Source: Planctomycetota bacterium (lineage in GTDB: Bacteria > Planctomycetota > PLA2 > JAEUHO01). Taken from it: a stretch of DNA of 64,000 bases. The notes beneath the pieces were generated by a model. The model ran no database searches, was not told where the DNA came from, and saw only the letters and a list, made by a program, of their open reading frames with translations. This document shows, piece after piece, positions 27,133 through 37,238 of the stretch; the stretch's first letter is position 1, and each line of letters begins with the position of its first letter. The translations under genes and the position numbers were made by a program. The stretch is from the NCBI GenBank assembly GCA_965223505.1, contig CBDCWP010000041.1:100994-164993 (forward strand). Direction: 5' to 3'.

Positions 27133-28209
27133 CTAGCCTTCGAACAGCGCCTTGATCTTCGCCTTCTGCTTCTTCTTCTTGGTGCCCGCCAGCAGCGCCT
27201 TCTGGAATTCGGCCAGGCTGTAGTAGCGCACCTGGTTGATGCGGTGGCCCATGCGCTTCTCGTCCATCAGGTTGAGCGCGTCGCCGATCCGCTTCGGCCC
27301 GACGAGGTCGTGCAGCTCGATCAGGATGCGAAGCACGCCCTCGCGGCTCTCGGCGGACGGCTCGACGTCGGCCGTTTTCTTGCGGTCGACGTCCACCGAC
27401 CGCCAGCGTCGGTCCTTGAGCTTCTTCGCCCAGGGCGCCTTGACACAGGCATCGACGATCACGACACCCGTGTAGTGCGCCCAGGCGTGATGGTCCTCCT
27501 GGTTGTTGCGGTCGCCCCACATGGCGATCAGGTGGCCGAGCTCGTGACACAGCCCGTAGAAGAGGAACTTGCCGTCGTTCGTCGGCGAGTAGAACAGCTT
27601 GTCGTTGCCGATCGGGAAGTCGATCGTCGAGTGGTACTTGTACTGGGGCGCGAACTGCGGCGGCCGTGGGCGCTCCTCCTTGTGCAGCAGCACGCGGATC
27701 TTCTTGCCGGGGACCTTCGAGAACTCCTTGAAACCGAACGTCTTGTCGTAGGCCTCGAGGATGCCGTCGACCGCGTCGGCGAACGCTTCGGCGTACTCCC
27801 GATTCGTCCGCGCGGCATGGAGCAGGAATCGCGGGCGTGAGATGTACAGACCGAACTCGCCGCGTTCACTCTCCGGCGCCTTCTCGAGCGCCTTCTCGAT
27901 CTTCGCGAGATCGTCTTCGAGATCGAGCTCGGCCGCTTGCCGCCCGTACGCGATCAGCGCCTGCCACTTGGCGTCGCCGTCCTTCATGCCGATCAACCGC
28001 GCCAGGCCCTTGCGCGCGGACGCCGGCAGCTTGTTGGCGAGCTCGTCTTCGTCGTCGGCCTTCGGAGACGCAAGCTGTGCGCGATTTACCTTGTCGACGG
28101 CCTTCTCGAATCGCTCGACGATCTTCTCGGCGTCCTTCGCGGAAACGTCACCCGCCCACGCGGGCACGCACAAGAGCAGGACGATCGAGACCGGCACCGC
28201 GAACCTCAT
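27133..28209 (-). CDS. Secreted putative zinc metallopeptidase
   Basis: Signal peptide ending AWA-G; HELGH (HExxH) motif. Confidence 0.7.
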   Translation of the reverse strand: MRFAVPVSIVLLLCVPAWAGDVSAKDAEKIVERFEKAVDKVNRAQLASPKADDEDELANKLPASARKGLARLIGMKDGDAKWQALIAYGRQAAELDLEDDLAKIEKALEKAPESERGEFGLYISRPRFLLHAARTNREYAEAFADAVDGILEAYDKTFGFKEFSKVPGKKIRVLLHKEERPRPPQFAPQYKYHSTIDFPIGNDKLFYSPTNDGKFLFYGLCHELGHLIAMWGDRNNQEDHHAWAHYTGVVIVDACVKAPWAKKLKDRRWRSVDVDRKKTADVEPSAESREGVLRILIELHDLVGPKRIGDALNLMDEKRMGHRINQVRYYSLAEFQKALLAGTKKKKQKAKIKALFEG

Positions 28210-28253
28210 CGAGGCAGTCTACCGATCGGCCGGGCCCCGTCTCCATGCTTCGT

Positions 28254-29540
28254 CTACCCCCCCGCCGTTCGAATCTCGGCGTCGTCGGCGACCTTCTTCG
28301 GCTTGGGCACTTTCTGGAGCCAGAACGTTCCCTCGTCGTCCGACACCCACTCGAAGAGCAGCTCGGACTTGCCCGGCACCCAACAAATCGCGCTGCCGAC
28401 GCCGGCGCCCGACGGTGAGGGAACGATCAGCACTTCGTCGGAATACAGATCCCGGATCTCGATGTGACAGTCATCGGGCTTGGCGGAAGACTTGCCGTCC
28501 TCGGCGACCCAGAACGCAATGCGTCGCCCCTCCCCATCGAGGGACGCGGACCACTTCATGCGCCCGTCGTCGGTGATTCGATAGCTGGTTTGCCCGTCCG
28601 CCGTCGCCACGTAGGCGTCCCACGCCTCCTCCTCGGACCGCACGACGAACGTGAAGAGATTGCCGTCCTCGTCCCACATCTCGTGGGCCCCGCACGAGCA
28701 GCTCGGACTTCCCCGCCGCGAGACGCCCGGCGTGTTCTCGCGAAACCCGCCTTCCCCTTTGTGACCGCCCTCGCATCCGCCGCTCAGGATCCAGTCCCGC
28801 CGGCCCCGCGAGCTCCCCTGCATGACCATGGTCGTCCTGTCGTTCTCGACGTCGACCACGCCGATGCGTCGAACCGGCAGCTGGCCGTCGAGGAAGAACT
28901 GCAGACTGAACGCAACGCGCTTTCCATCCGGCGACCACGAGAGAATGCTGCAGTTGTCGCTCTTGATCGAGTGCCCAAGCGCGAGCGGCTTGACCGCGCC
29001 CGCCGCATCGACGAGATACAGGGTCCGCTCGATGCCGGAAGGGGGCTTCACGCCGGGGTTGACCGAGTAGAACTGATCGTCCGCGATGTACACCAGCTTG
29101 CTGCCGTCGCGTGACCAAGCAACGCGACGCACCTCGAGCTTGTCAGGCAGTGATGCACACGCCTTGCGACGTTTCCCGGACTTCGCGACGACGACGTGCC
29201 CGGCGGCTACACCCACGGCGTCGGCGCCCGTCCAACCTTGCGGAATGCTTTTCAGCGAACGTTTCGACGCCTTCTTCTTCTTGACCGCTTGGAAGTACAG
29301 CCGAGGAATGGGGATCGGGTCGCCGCGGTAGTCGACCTTGTTCTTGTCGTGGGTGAAGCGCACGAAGGCAAACTGGTTGCCGTCCGGCGCGATGCAGGGA
29401 TGCCGGCCTTCACCGATCTGCTTCGCACCCTTCAGTGTTTTGGGCTTGCTCTTCTCCTCTTCATCCGCAGGGGCGCGAACAGCAAGCACGGCGATTCCGG
29501 CCAGCAACACGATCAACATCCGAGGACCCGAGCACTTCAT
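28254..29540 (-). CDS. Secreted TolB/PD40-like beta-propeller protein
   Basis: Signal peptide; APDGNQFAF, WSRDGSKLVY, WSPDGKRVAF repeats. Confidence 0.8.
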   Translation of the reverse strand: MKCSGPRMLIVLLAGIAVLAVRAPADEEEKSKPKTLKGAKQIGEGRHPCIAPDGNQFAFVRFTHDKNKVDYRGDPIPIPRLYFQAVKKKKASKRSLKSIPQGWTGADAVGVAAGHVVVAKSGKRRKACASLPDKLEVRRVAWSRDGSKLVYIADDQFYSVNPGVKPPSGIERTLYLVDAAGAVKPLALGHSIKSDNCSILSWSPDGKRVAFSLQFFLDGQLPVRRIGVVDVENDRTTMVMQGSSRGRRDWILSGGCEGGHKGEGGFRENTPGVSRRGSPSCSCGAHEMWDEDGNLFTFVVRSEEEAWDAYVATADGQTSYRITDDGRMKWSASLDGEGRRIAFWVAEDGKSSAKPDDCHIEIRDLYSDEVLIVPSPSGAGVGSAICWVPGKSELLFEWVSDDEGTFWLQKVPKPKKVADDAEIRTAGG

Positions 29541-29735
29541 CACGTCTCCAAACACGACGACATCGACCCGTCCCCGCTCCGAGCGTACTGCCGGCGACCC
29601 GTCGATGGGAAGGGCGGATGGCTGCGTGCCTCGGCTGCCCGCGACGCACGCGGCGTTCGAGCCGCGACAATTCGACGGTTCGCGGCCATCTGTGGCGGCT
29701 CGCTTCGCTACACTCGCCCATTGGAGGGCCTCTTC

Positions 29736-31139
29736 GTGAAATGGCGCCCGTTGATCTTGGCCGCTCTCGTGCTTCTGTCGGCAAGCCCGTACGCCGAACC
29801 CGTTCACGCGGACGAATCGGAGGATGGTTCGTTCATCGATCGGGTCAACAAGGCGATCGAGCAAGGGGTCGACTGGTTGCTTGCCAAGCCCTCCTTCTTC
29901 AATGCGGGCAAGGTCGAAATGGCGCACTGGGGCCTCGTCGGCTCCGACCGGCTGTACGGAGGCGGCCAGGGCAAGGGCTACTCGTTCCCGGCGGGGCCGA
30001 CGGCGCTCGCCGTGTACACACTGCTGAAGTGTGAAGTCGATCCCAAGCACCCGGTCGTCGAGCGCGGTTTCAACTGGCTCCGGGAGGTCCATCCGATCAC
30101 GGAGAAGTGGGACGGCGCCACCTTCCAAGGGTCGTGGCGGCACACCGACGCTTGTAGCTCCTACGAGCTGTCGATGATGATCCTGGCCCTGACGGCGAAG
30201 TACGACCCGGACAAAGAGAACGCCAAGAGCATGGAAAGAGCCCGCAAGGGCAAGTTGAGGATCAAGAACGCAGCGGACCGGAAGTGGCTGTTCGAGATGC
30301 TCGAGGCGCTCGTGGAGCGTCGCAGCTTTCCGTCCGGCCGCGAACGCAAGGGCTGGCGTTACAACGGACCACCGATTCAGATCGGAAACCGGCGGCGGCC
30401 GGCATCGGGCGAACCGCCGGGCGGCGCGGAAGACCTCTCGAGCACGCAGCTTGCCACACTGGCGATCTTCAGCGCCAGCCGGTTCGGCGCGCGCGCGGAG
30501 CCCGTCGTCTGGCACGACATCGCCGACTTCACGCTGGCGCAACAAGCAACGAGCGGCAAGGAGCGGCGGCGGTTCGATCCGGAGAATGCGCCCGTGGACC
30601 AGGCCCGGGGCTTCAGCTACATCCGCAACAGCGAGGACAAACACGAAGCGCGGCCGACCAGCAGCATGACGGCATGCGGTGTCGCGAATCTCCTGATGGT
30701 GCGTGACGTCCTTGCCCGCCACAAAAAGACGAAGCAGTCCTTTCCCGGCTCCGCCCGGGCGAAGGAGATCGACACGGCGATTGACGACGGCCTGGCATGG
30801 CTGGATCTGAACTGGTCGCCGTTCAAGAACCGCTTCGGAGGCGGCTACCACATCTACTACCTCTACGCGCTCGAGCGCGCGATGGACCTGCGCAACAAGA
30901 AGCTGGTCGGCAAGCACCTCTGGTACCGGGAGGGCGCCGAGGAGATCCTCAAACGACAGAACCCGGTCTCCGTCGAGATCACCGAGCGGAAGGGCAAGCG
31001 CAAGGCGGAGGGGGTCTACTGGAACGCGGGCGGGAGTCACCGGCCCGAGGACGTGCTCGACACGTGCTTCGCGCTGCTCTTCCTGAAGCGGGCAACGAAG
31101 GGGCTGGTGCCCTCGCCGGTGGTCACGGGCGGCGACTGA
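29736..31139 (+). CDS. Secreted alpha/alpha-barrel (prenyltransferase/squalene oxidase repeat-like) protein
   Basis: GTG after GGAGG; AIEQGVDWLL, GWRY...DLSSTQLATLA, SMTACG, YYLYALER, DTCFALLFL. Confidence 0.8.
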   Translation: MKWRPLILAALVLLSASPYAEPVHADESEDGSFIDRVNKAIEQGVDWLLAKPSFFNAGKVEMAHWGLVGSDRLYGGGQGKGYSFPAGPTALAVYTLLKCEVDPKHPVVERGFNWLREVHPITEKWDGATFQGSWRHTDACSSYELSMMILALTAKYDPDKENAKSMERARKGKLRIKNAADRKWLFEMLEALVERRSFPSGRERKGWRYNGPPIQIGNRRRPASGEPPGGAEDLSSTQLATLAIFSASRFGARAEPVVWHDIADFTLAQQATSGKERRRFDPENAPVDQARGFSYIRNSEDKHEARPTSSMTACGVANLLMVRDVLARHKKTKQSFPGSARAKEIDTAIDDGLAWLDLNWSPFKNRFGGGYHIYYLYALERAMDLRNKKLVGKHLWYREGAEEILKRQNPVSVEITERKGKRKAEGVYWNAGGSHRPEDVLDTCFALLFLKRATKGLVPSPVVTGGD

Positions 31140-31141
31140 CG

Positions 31142-32122
31142 CTACGGAAGGTCGTGGCGCCGATCGATCAGGACGAGGCGCAAGGTCTCGTCTTCGTTGA
31201 TGCGCTCGACCAGGAGGCGGACCGACGCGACGTCGCCCTCGACATCGACGTCGAGCTCGAAGTCGCGGCCCTTGTTCGGCTCGAGGCCGTCTTCGAGCCG
31301 GCTCAACAACGACGTCTCCGCACGCCCCAGCTCGGCGCCGCCGTCGTCGAGGCCAACCACCCGAATGCGCAGTTCCCGATAGCCGTACTCCCCCGTCGGA
31401 ACGCGATGCCCGGCGCCGACGTTGGTCAGCCTGACGACGACGCGCACCGACCCGTCACCCCGCTCGACCCGCAGCGGTGAAGCGACGAGCGCCGTACGCG
31501 CGTTCGTCTTCCACGCGCGGAACGAGTGGTCCGCGACGACACGGCGCGGGTGCATCGCGCTCAACACGTGCCCCTGCGTCAACCGGTCCGTCCGGCGCGT
31601 CATGTGACACTCGGCACAGCTCTTCCGCTCAGGCGCCGCTACCGAGGTCGCGTACAGCGTCTCGTGTTCGCGCAGCTCCATCTCGTGACAGCGGCCGCAG
31701 AACGCGGACGAACGGATCGCGGCGTCCTCGCGCGTCCCGTGCGGCGCGCCGCCGTCGTACGGACCGACCTGAGCGCAGACGTCTTTGTGACAGGCCGCGC
31801 AGTCCACGCCGTCGGACCGGCGGTGCGCACGAAGCGCCGGCCGCCCGTCCGCCTCCTCGAACAACGGTTTCGGCGCGTGACAGCCCAGGCACGCCGCCTT
31901 CGTGCGGCTCTCGCTCTCTCTGACGAAGGCCGGGGCGCGCCACGCGCTCGCGTGCGCCGACGCTCGCCACTGCCGGGCGATGTCGCGGTGGCAGTCAGCG
32001 CACGAGGCGGGTGTCTGGGCTTCCAAACGCTCCGGGACCGTGGTGCAGGCCGGCAGACCGATCCACAGGGCCGGCGCTGCGAGCAACGCGGGAAGCAGCA
32101 ACAGACAGCGGCGCGTTCGCAT
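31142..32122 (-). CDS. Multiheme (5 CxxCH) cytochrome c, c554-like, probable lipoprotein
   Basis: CADCH, CLGCH, CAACH, CGRCH, CAECH; WRASAHA; C-terminal LTNVGAGHRVPTG. Confidence 0.88.
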   Translation of the reverse strand: MRTRRCLLLLPALLAAPALWIGLPACTTVPERLEAQTPASCADCHRDIARQWRASAHASAWRAPAFVRESESRTKAACLGCHAPKPLFEEADGRPALRAHRRSDGVDCAACHKDVCAQVGPYDGGAPHGTREDAAIRSSAFCGRCHEMELREHETLYATSVAAPERKSCAECHMTRRTDRLTQGHVLSAMHPRRVVADHSFRAWKTNARTALVASPLRVERGDGSVRVVVRLTNVGAGHRVPTGEYGYRELRIRVVGLDDGGAELGRAETSLLSRLEDGLEPNKGRDFELDVDVEGDVASVRLLVERINEDETLRLVLIDRRHDLP

Positions 32123-32313
32123 GTCGCGAGCGTACCTGACCACGGGCACCTTCGTCTCGACCGGCATGGAGGCCGGGTGGTCGACCTCGACCCGCAGCTC
32201 GACGACCGTCGTGGGCCGTCGACGGCGGGCCGAGCCGGAATCGAGTCGTTTGGACCATCGCCCCGCCCCCGAATGGGTCCCAACACTCGCGGCCGCCCGA
32301 CGTTTGAACGTCT

Positions 32314-33603
32314 GTGACCCATCTGCGAATCCCCACCGTCCCGATGCTGGTCCTGGGCATCGCCCTCTCGGCATTCGCAGACGATCCGGCGCCGATCCCG
32401 CTCCCGGAGAACCCGAAGGCCGTCGTGCTGTCCTGGGAGGAGGTGCCGGCGCGGGCGCAGGGCCAGAAGCAGACGGTCATCTCGGTTCGAAGTGACGGCA
32501 GCGTGAGCGTGCTCGGCCGCGAGAGCGACCCCACGGTACGGCTGTCCACGCAGGAGCTGCAGGCGCTCTTGGCGTTCGTCATCGAGGAGCAGCGCTTCTT
32601 CGACGTGGACCGGGAAGCGCTGAACCAGTCCCTGCGAGCCGCGAAGGACGCCGGCAAGCTGCGCATGCTGCCCCACGCGCCCTCGAGCGTGCTGCGCGTC
32701 GCGACGGCGAAGCGGCAGAAGGTCGTGCGCGTGAGCGGCCTGTACCTCGCCTCGGTACAGCTTCACGGCGACCCGGTGCTCGCCCGGCTCATGGCCGTCC
32801 GCAACCGGCTCTCGGATCTGAGCAACGAGTTCAAGTCGCGTGATCGCGACGCGCGGTACACCCGCGAGCAGACACCGCAAGAGCGGGAGCACGTCCGCCG
32901 TGTCGAGGCAGCGGCGCGGGAACACCTGAAGGACAAGGAAGACACCGCGCTCGGCGCCGTCGTCCCCGTGCATCACGAGAAGCTGACGGAACGGCTTCCT
33001 CACCTGCGGCTCTTCGTCGTCGAGTGGATCCGCCGCGAGGTGCGCGACTACCTGCAGTTCGGGCGCAAGAAACAGCAGGTCATCCATCACCACTCGTACG
33101 GTCTGGCGGTCCTGAACGAAACGAACGACTCGCTTCGCGTCCACGACCGCGGCATGAAGTTCGCGACGCTGTGGCCCGACTTCGACCTCGTGGCGCGCAC
33201 CGAGGACGAAGCAAGGAAGCTGTTCTTCCTCCATCGTCTCCTCCAGCGTCTGGCTGCGGGGACGATCGTCGCCGGCACCGGTCAGAAATGGCACCTCGAT
33301 CCGGAGACGCTCTGGAAGACGCTCGAGGTACGGCCGGAGGACTACGAGCAGCTCGACATGCCGCTGCGCATCGTGAGGGGCAAGACGCGCTTTCACTGCG
33401 TTCGGTGGGCGCTGTTCGCCGACGACTTCGGCATGCCGAAGCATCTGCACTTCTTCATCGTCTGGTTCGAGATCGGCGGCACGCAGTTCCAGGCATTGCG
33501 CGAGAAGCTCGAGTCGCCCGTGTTCGACCGCGGCGCGAGGCTCGAAGACGAGCCGGTCCGCGAGGCCGTCGAGGCGTTCCTGAAGAAACGCGCCGGTTCG
33601 TAG
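32314..33603 (+). CDS. Secreted hypothetical protein
   Basis: Signal peptide ending AFA-D; long ORF with host-like codon usage. Confidence 0.7.
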   Translation: MTHLRIPTVPMLVLGIALSAFADDPAPIPLPENPKAVVLSWEEVPARAQGQKQTVISVRSDGSVSVLGRESDPTVRLSTQELQALLAFVIEEQRFFDVDREALNQSLRAAKDAGKLRMLPHAPSSVLRVATAKRQKVVRVSGLYLASVQLHGDPVLARLMAVRNRLSDLSNEFKSRDRDARYTREQTPQEREHVRRVEAAAREHLKDKEDTALGAVVPVHHEKLTERLPHLRLFVVEWIRREVRDYLQFGRKKQQVIHHHSYGLAVLNETNDSLRVHDRGMKFATLWPDFDLVARTEDEARKLFFLHRLLQRLAAGTIVAGTGQKWHLDPETLWKTLEVRPEDYEQLDMPLRIVRGKTRFHCVRWALFADDFGMPKHLHFFIVWFEIGGTQFQALREKLESPVFDRGARLEDEPVREAVEAFLKKRAGS

Positions 33604-33612
33604 GCGCTACGC

Positions 33613-35491
33613 CTACCTCTCCTTGCGCTCGAAGCGAACGTCGACGGGCTCGCCGCCGGCGCGGACGCCCTTGACCTGCGCCTCCGCGCCATCGTCGGTG
33701 AACACGTAGATCTCGTGCTCGCCGTCGTCCAGATGCTCGAACCGAAACGTGCCGTCCTTCTTCACCGGCCCCTGGCGCACGATCTGGTCCACCCGGTTGC
33801 TCGATACGGCGACCCACGCGTCCGTGACGCGCTTGCCGTCCGCGTCGAACACGTTGCCCTCGAGCGTCAGGCCCGGCTTCAACACGACGTCACCGAGGTC
33901 CGTGTCGTGCGAGCCGTCGAACGGCACCTTCACCTGCTCGACGACGTACGCCTTCGACGCGAAACGCACCAGCACGGCGCGCGGCGGCAGCCGCTTGATG
34001 ACGAACCGGCCGTCCGCACCGGTGGACTGCCCGCCCACCGAGTCCGGCAGCTCGATCGCCGCGTCGGCGACGGGCTTCCCGTCTTCGTTCACGAGTCGCC
34101 CGCGGATGATCCGCTGCACCTCGATGACCATGGTCAGCGTCGAAACGCCCTCGATCTTCGCGAGGTCCAGCCAGGACTCGGTAAAGCCCTTCGCCCTCGC
34201 TTCCAGCTGCGCCTCGACGGATCGCTCCGCCCCCAGCATCGTGTGCGGCACGTGGGGAATCTCGAACCACCCGCTCTCGTCGGTCACGCTCCATGCGATC
34301 GCCTCGATCGACGGCGGGAACTTCGCGTGGAGGATCATCCGCGCCTCGGCGACGCCCTCGGCGAACGGATCGACCAGCCGGCCGCGCAGCGTGCGCGCAC
34401 GAGCGAGCACCACGCGCACGGGGTCCTTCGAGAGGTCGAATCCCTTGAACGACTTCGTGACGCCTGCGTGGTCTTCGTCGTGGGCCCACACGCGAGCGAT
34501 CGCCGTCGGCGGGAAGGGCGAGAGCTTCGCGGCCCCCTCCGCGTCCGTGACCGCCTTCGCCAGCACCGTGCCCGGCGGCTGCCCCTTGTCGTTGGCTGCG
34601 GACACGAGCCGCACCGTCGCGTCGCGCACCGGACGATCCCACGCGTCGACGACGCGTACGTCCACGTGCTGGACGGGGCCGGCCATCTTCTCGATCATGC
34701 CCGCGGCGCCGGGCGGCGCGACGACAACCGGCTCGTCCTTTGGGGCGCGGCCGTGGAGCATCGGTTCCCGTGCGTCACCGTCGCCGGCCGCCGGCGCGCG
34801 CGTACCGGAGAGCTCGACGGGTTGCGTGTCTTCGCCTACGTCGTGCGTCATCCAGGGCCGCCAGGCGAACACGACGCCCACAACGACGATCGCCGCGGCG
34901 AGGAACGCGAGCACCAGCCCGCCGCCCGCGACGGTCGCAGCGCCTGCGGGCCACGCGATGGCGATGAGAGCGCGACGCGAGCGCTCTTCGTCGCCGAAGT
35001 TGCGCCGCGAGGCGAGCGCGCAGCTGCTCGTGCGCCCGCGCGAGACGGGTGCGTACGGTCGAAGCCGGGACCGCCATGCGCTTGCCCACCTCGTTGGTCG
35101 AGAGGTCATCGAAGTGCCGGAGCAGGACGGTCGAGCGGTACGGCTCCTCCAGCGCGAGCACGGCGTCGATGACGGCGCGCTGCGTCTCGGCCTGCGAGGC
35201 GAGCTCTTCGGTCGAGCGTTCACGCTCGGGCTTCGCGGCCCGCGCTTCGCGATGGTGACGCCGCGTGGCGCGACGGTGGTCGTCCCGCGCGCGGTTGCGC
35301 AGGACCGTCGCGAGCCACCCGCGTCCAGATCCGCGGCGCGCGGGCGGACGTTCGACGGCCGTTCGCCAGGTCTCCTGCTCGAGGTCGGCGGCTCGATGCT
35401 CGTCGTGAACCAGCGCTCGTGCGAGCCCGCGCAGCCAGGTGCGATGGGCCAGAAGGTCTTCGATGCGAACAGTGGATTCGTGCGTGTTCAT
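33613..35491 (-). pseudogene. ECF sigma factor fused to TM and carboxypeptidase-regulatory-like domains, broken by a frameshift at about 35008
   Basis: Sigma frame (MNTHES...ADLEQETW...GWLATVLRN...STVRTRLARAHEQLRARL) gives way to a second frame RRNFGDEERSRRAL-TM-repeated GRLV/TDAEGxF domains; the downstream frame has no clear start of its own. Confidence 0.75.
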
Positions 35492-35558
35492 GCAATGGAA
35501 ACGCCACGACGTCGCGTCGCGTCTCAAGAAAGCGCTTCCCGCCCAGCTTAGGCGAGCG

Positions 35559-37238
35559 CTAGCGGTCGGACCTGCGGATGAGCAGCTCGAGCACCTCTTC
35601 TCGCTGCGCATGCAACAAGAGCAGCAGCAGGTCGCCCGGCTGGGCCCAGGCGAGCGCCTTCTCGACCGCTTCGAGCTCGGACCGCGCGTGATCGATGCGC
35701 GCCTCGGGCACGCCCACGCGCGCGAGCTCGCTGTCGATCAACGCGACCATCTCGCCCTGCGGACGACCGCGTAGGTACTTCTCCATCGCCTTCACGATGA
35801 TCAGATCCGGCTGCGTCTCCCACGTCGCCTCGACGAGCAAGCGCACGTCCTCGTCGGTCCGGTCCCCCGCCTGTCCCAGCAGGACCGCGGTTCGTTTCGC
35901 GCCGTAGGCCTTCGCCATCTGAAACAACGCGCGCGTCCCGTGCGGGTTGTGCGCGAAGTCCGCGAAGATCGTCACGCCGTCGATCGTGAACAGGTTGCCG
36001 CGGCCCGGGTTCTTCTCGGGCGAGCTCTCGAACGTTCGCAGCCCTTCGACGATCGCGTCCTTCGAGATGCCCGCACACGCGGCAAGCGCCGACGCCGCCA
36101 GCGCGTTCGACGTGTTGAACCGCGCCTTGCCGCCGAACGTCATCGGCACCGACGTTTCCTCGATCAACGGCACCCGCGCCCCGCCGCGCACCAACGTGAG
36201 CATGCCGTCGTCCACGAACGCGGCGTCGCCGCCCGCCTCCGTGTGAATGCGGATCTTCTTGTGACTCGCGTCGACGCTGAACCACAGCTTGCGCCCCTCG
36301 AGCATGCCGCCGCGCTTGCGCACCGGGTCTTCGTCGGCGTTCAGGATCGTGGTGCCGCCGTCACGCACGCCCTGCGCGAGGATGAACTTCGTCTCGACCA
36401 GACCGTCGAGATCGCCGATCCCCCACTCGCCGAGGTGATCCTCCGCGACGTTCAGGATCGCGATCGCGTCGGCGTGCTCGTAGCCGAGCCCGCGCCGCAG
36501 CATCCCGCCGCGCGCGGTCTCGAGGATCGCGACCTCGCAGCGGGGATCGCGCAGCACCGCACGCGCGCCGCCCGGTCCCGAGTAGTCCCCGGTGTCGAGC
36601 ACGTCGTCGCCGACGCGAATCCAGTCGGTCGAGGACAAGCCCGGAACCTTGCCGTCCGCGGCGACCATCGCCGCCATCAAGCGAACGGTCGTCGACTTGC
36701 CGTTCGTGCCCGTCACCATCACGACGGGAATGTCGTGGATCTTCTCCCAGGCGACGTCGTCCGGATCGGGCAGCTCGGTCGTCGGCCAGGTCTTCGATCC
36801 GATGCCGAGGCCCACCGAGGTCTCGTCGTCGTCCCACAAGAACGCGACGCCGTTCTGCGCTGCCGCGTCCCGAAGCGCGAGCAGCTTCGGGTTGCTCTCC
36901 TTCTCGACCTCTGCGCGGAGACGCTCCAAGGCCTGATCGAAGTCGCCGCCCTGAAGCGCCCACTCGTTCACCTCGCAGGCGGCGTACAGCACGTCGATCG
37001 GCGCGGAGAAAGCCAGGCTCACGCCGCCCGGATAGCGGCGCTCGTGAAGCGTCTCGTTCCCCCACCCGAGCGCCGCGAGCATTCGCGTCGCGTTCGTGCG
37101 CCAACTCGCGACCAGTCCGTCGACCTCCGCGTCGTCGACGACGACATCCATCACCGGACCGGCGACGGCCATGATCAGGTTGGCGCCGGTGAAGCGACGG
37201 GAGTCGCGCAGCTCCATCTTCGGTGACTTAGTCGTCAC
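35559..37238 (-). CDS. Cyanophycin-synthetase-related Mur ligase family protein lacking ATP-grasp domain
   Basis: VTGTNGKSTT, AILETARGGMLRRGL, LNVAEDHLG, PGRGN, DFAHNP, GDR; CphA-like N-terminus; 559 aa. Confidence 0.85.
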   Translation of the reverse strand: MTTKSPKMELRDSRRFTGANLIMAVAGPVMDVVVDDAEVDGLVASWRTNATRMLAALGWGNETLHERRYPGGVSLAFSAPIDVLYAACEVNEWALQGGDFDQALERLRAEVEKESNPKLLALRDAAAQNGVAFLWDDDETSVGLGIGSKTWPTTELPDPDDVAWEKIHDIPVVMVTGTNGKSTTVRLMAAMVAADGKVPGLSSTDWIRVGDDVLDTGDYSGPGGARAVLRDPRCEVAILETARGGMLRRGLGYEHADAIAILNVAEDHLGEWGIGDLDGLVETKFILAQGVRDGGTTILNADEDPVRKRGGMLEGRKLWFSVDASHKKIRIHTEAGGDAAFVDDGMLTLVRGGARVPLIEETSVPMTFGGKARFNTSNALAASALAACAGISKDAIVEGLRTFESSPEKNPGRGNLFTIDGVTIFADFAHNPHGTRALFQMAKAYGAKRTAVLLGQAGDRTDEDVRLLVEATWETQPDLIIVKAMEKYLRGRPQGEMVALIDSELARVGVPEARIDHARSELEAVEKALAWAQPGDLLLLLLHAQREEVLELLIRRSDR

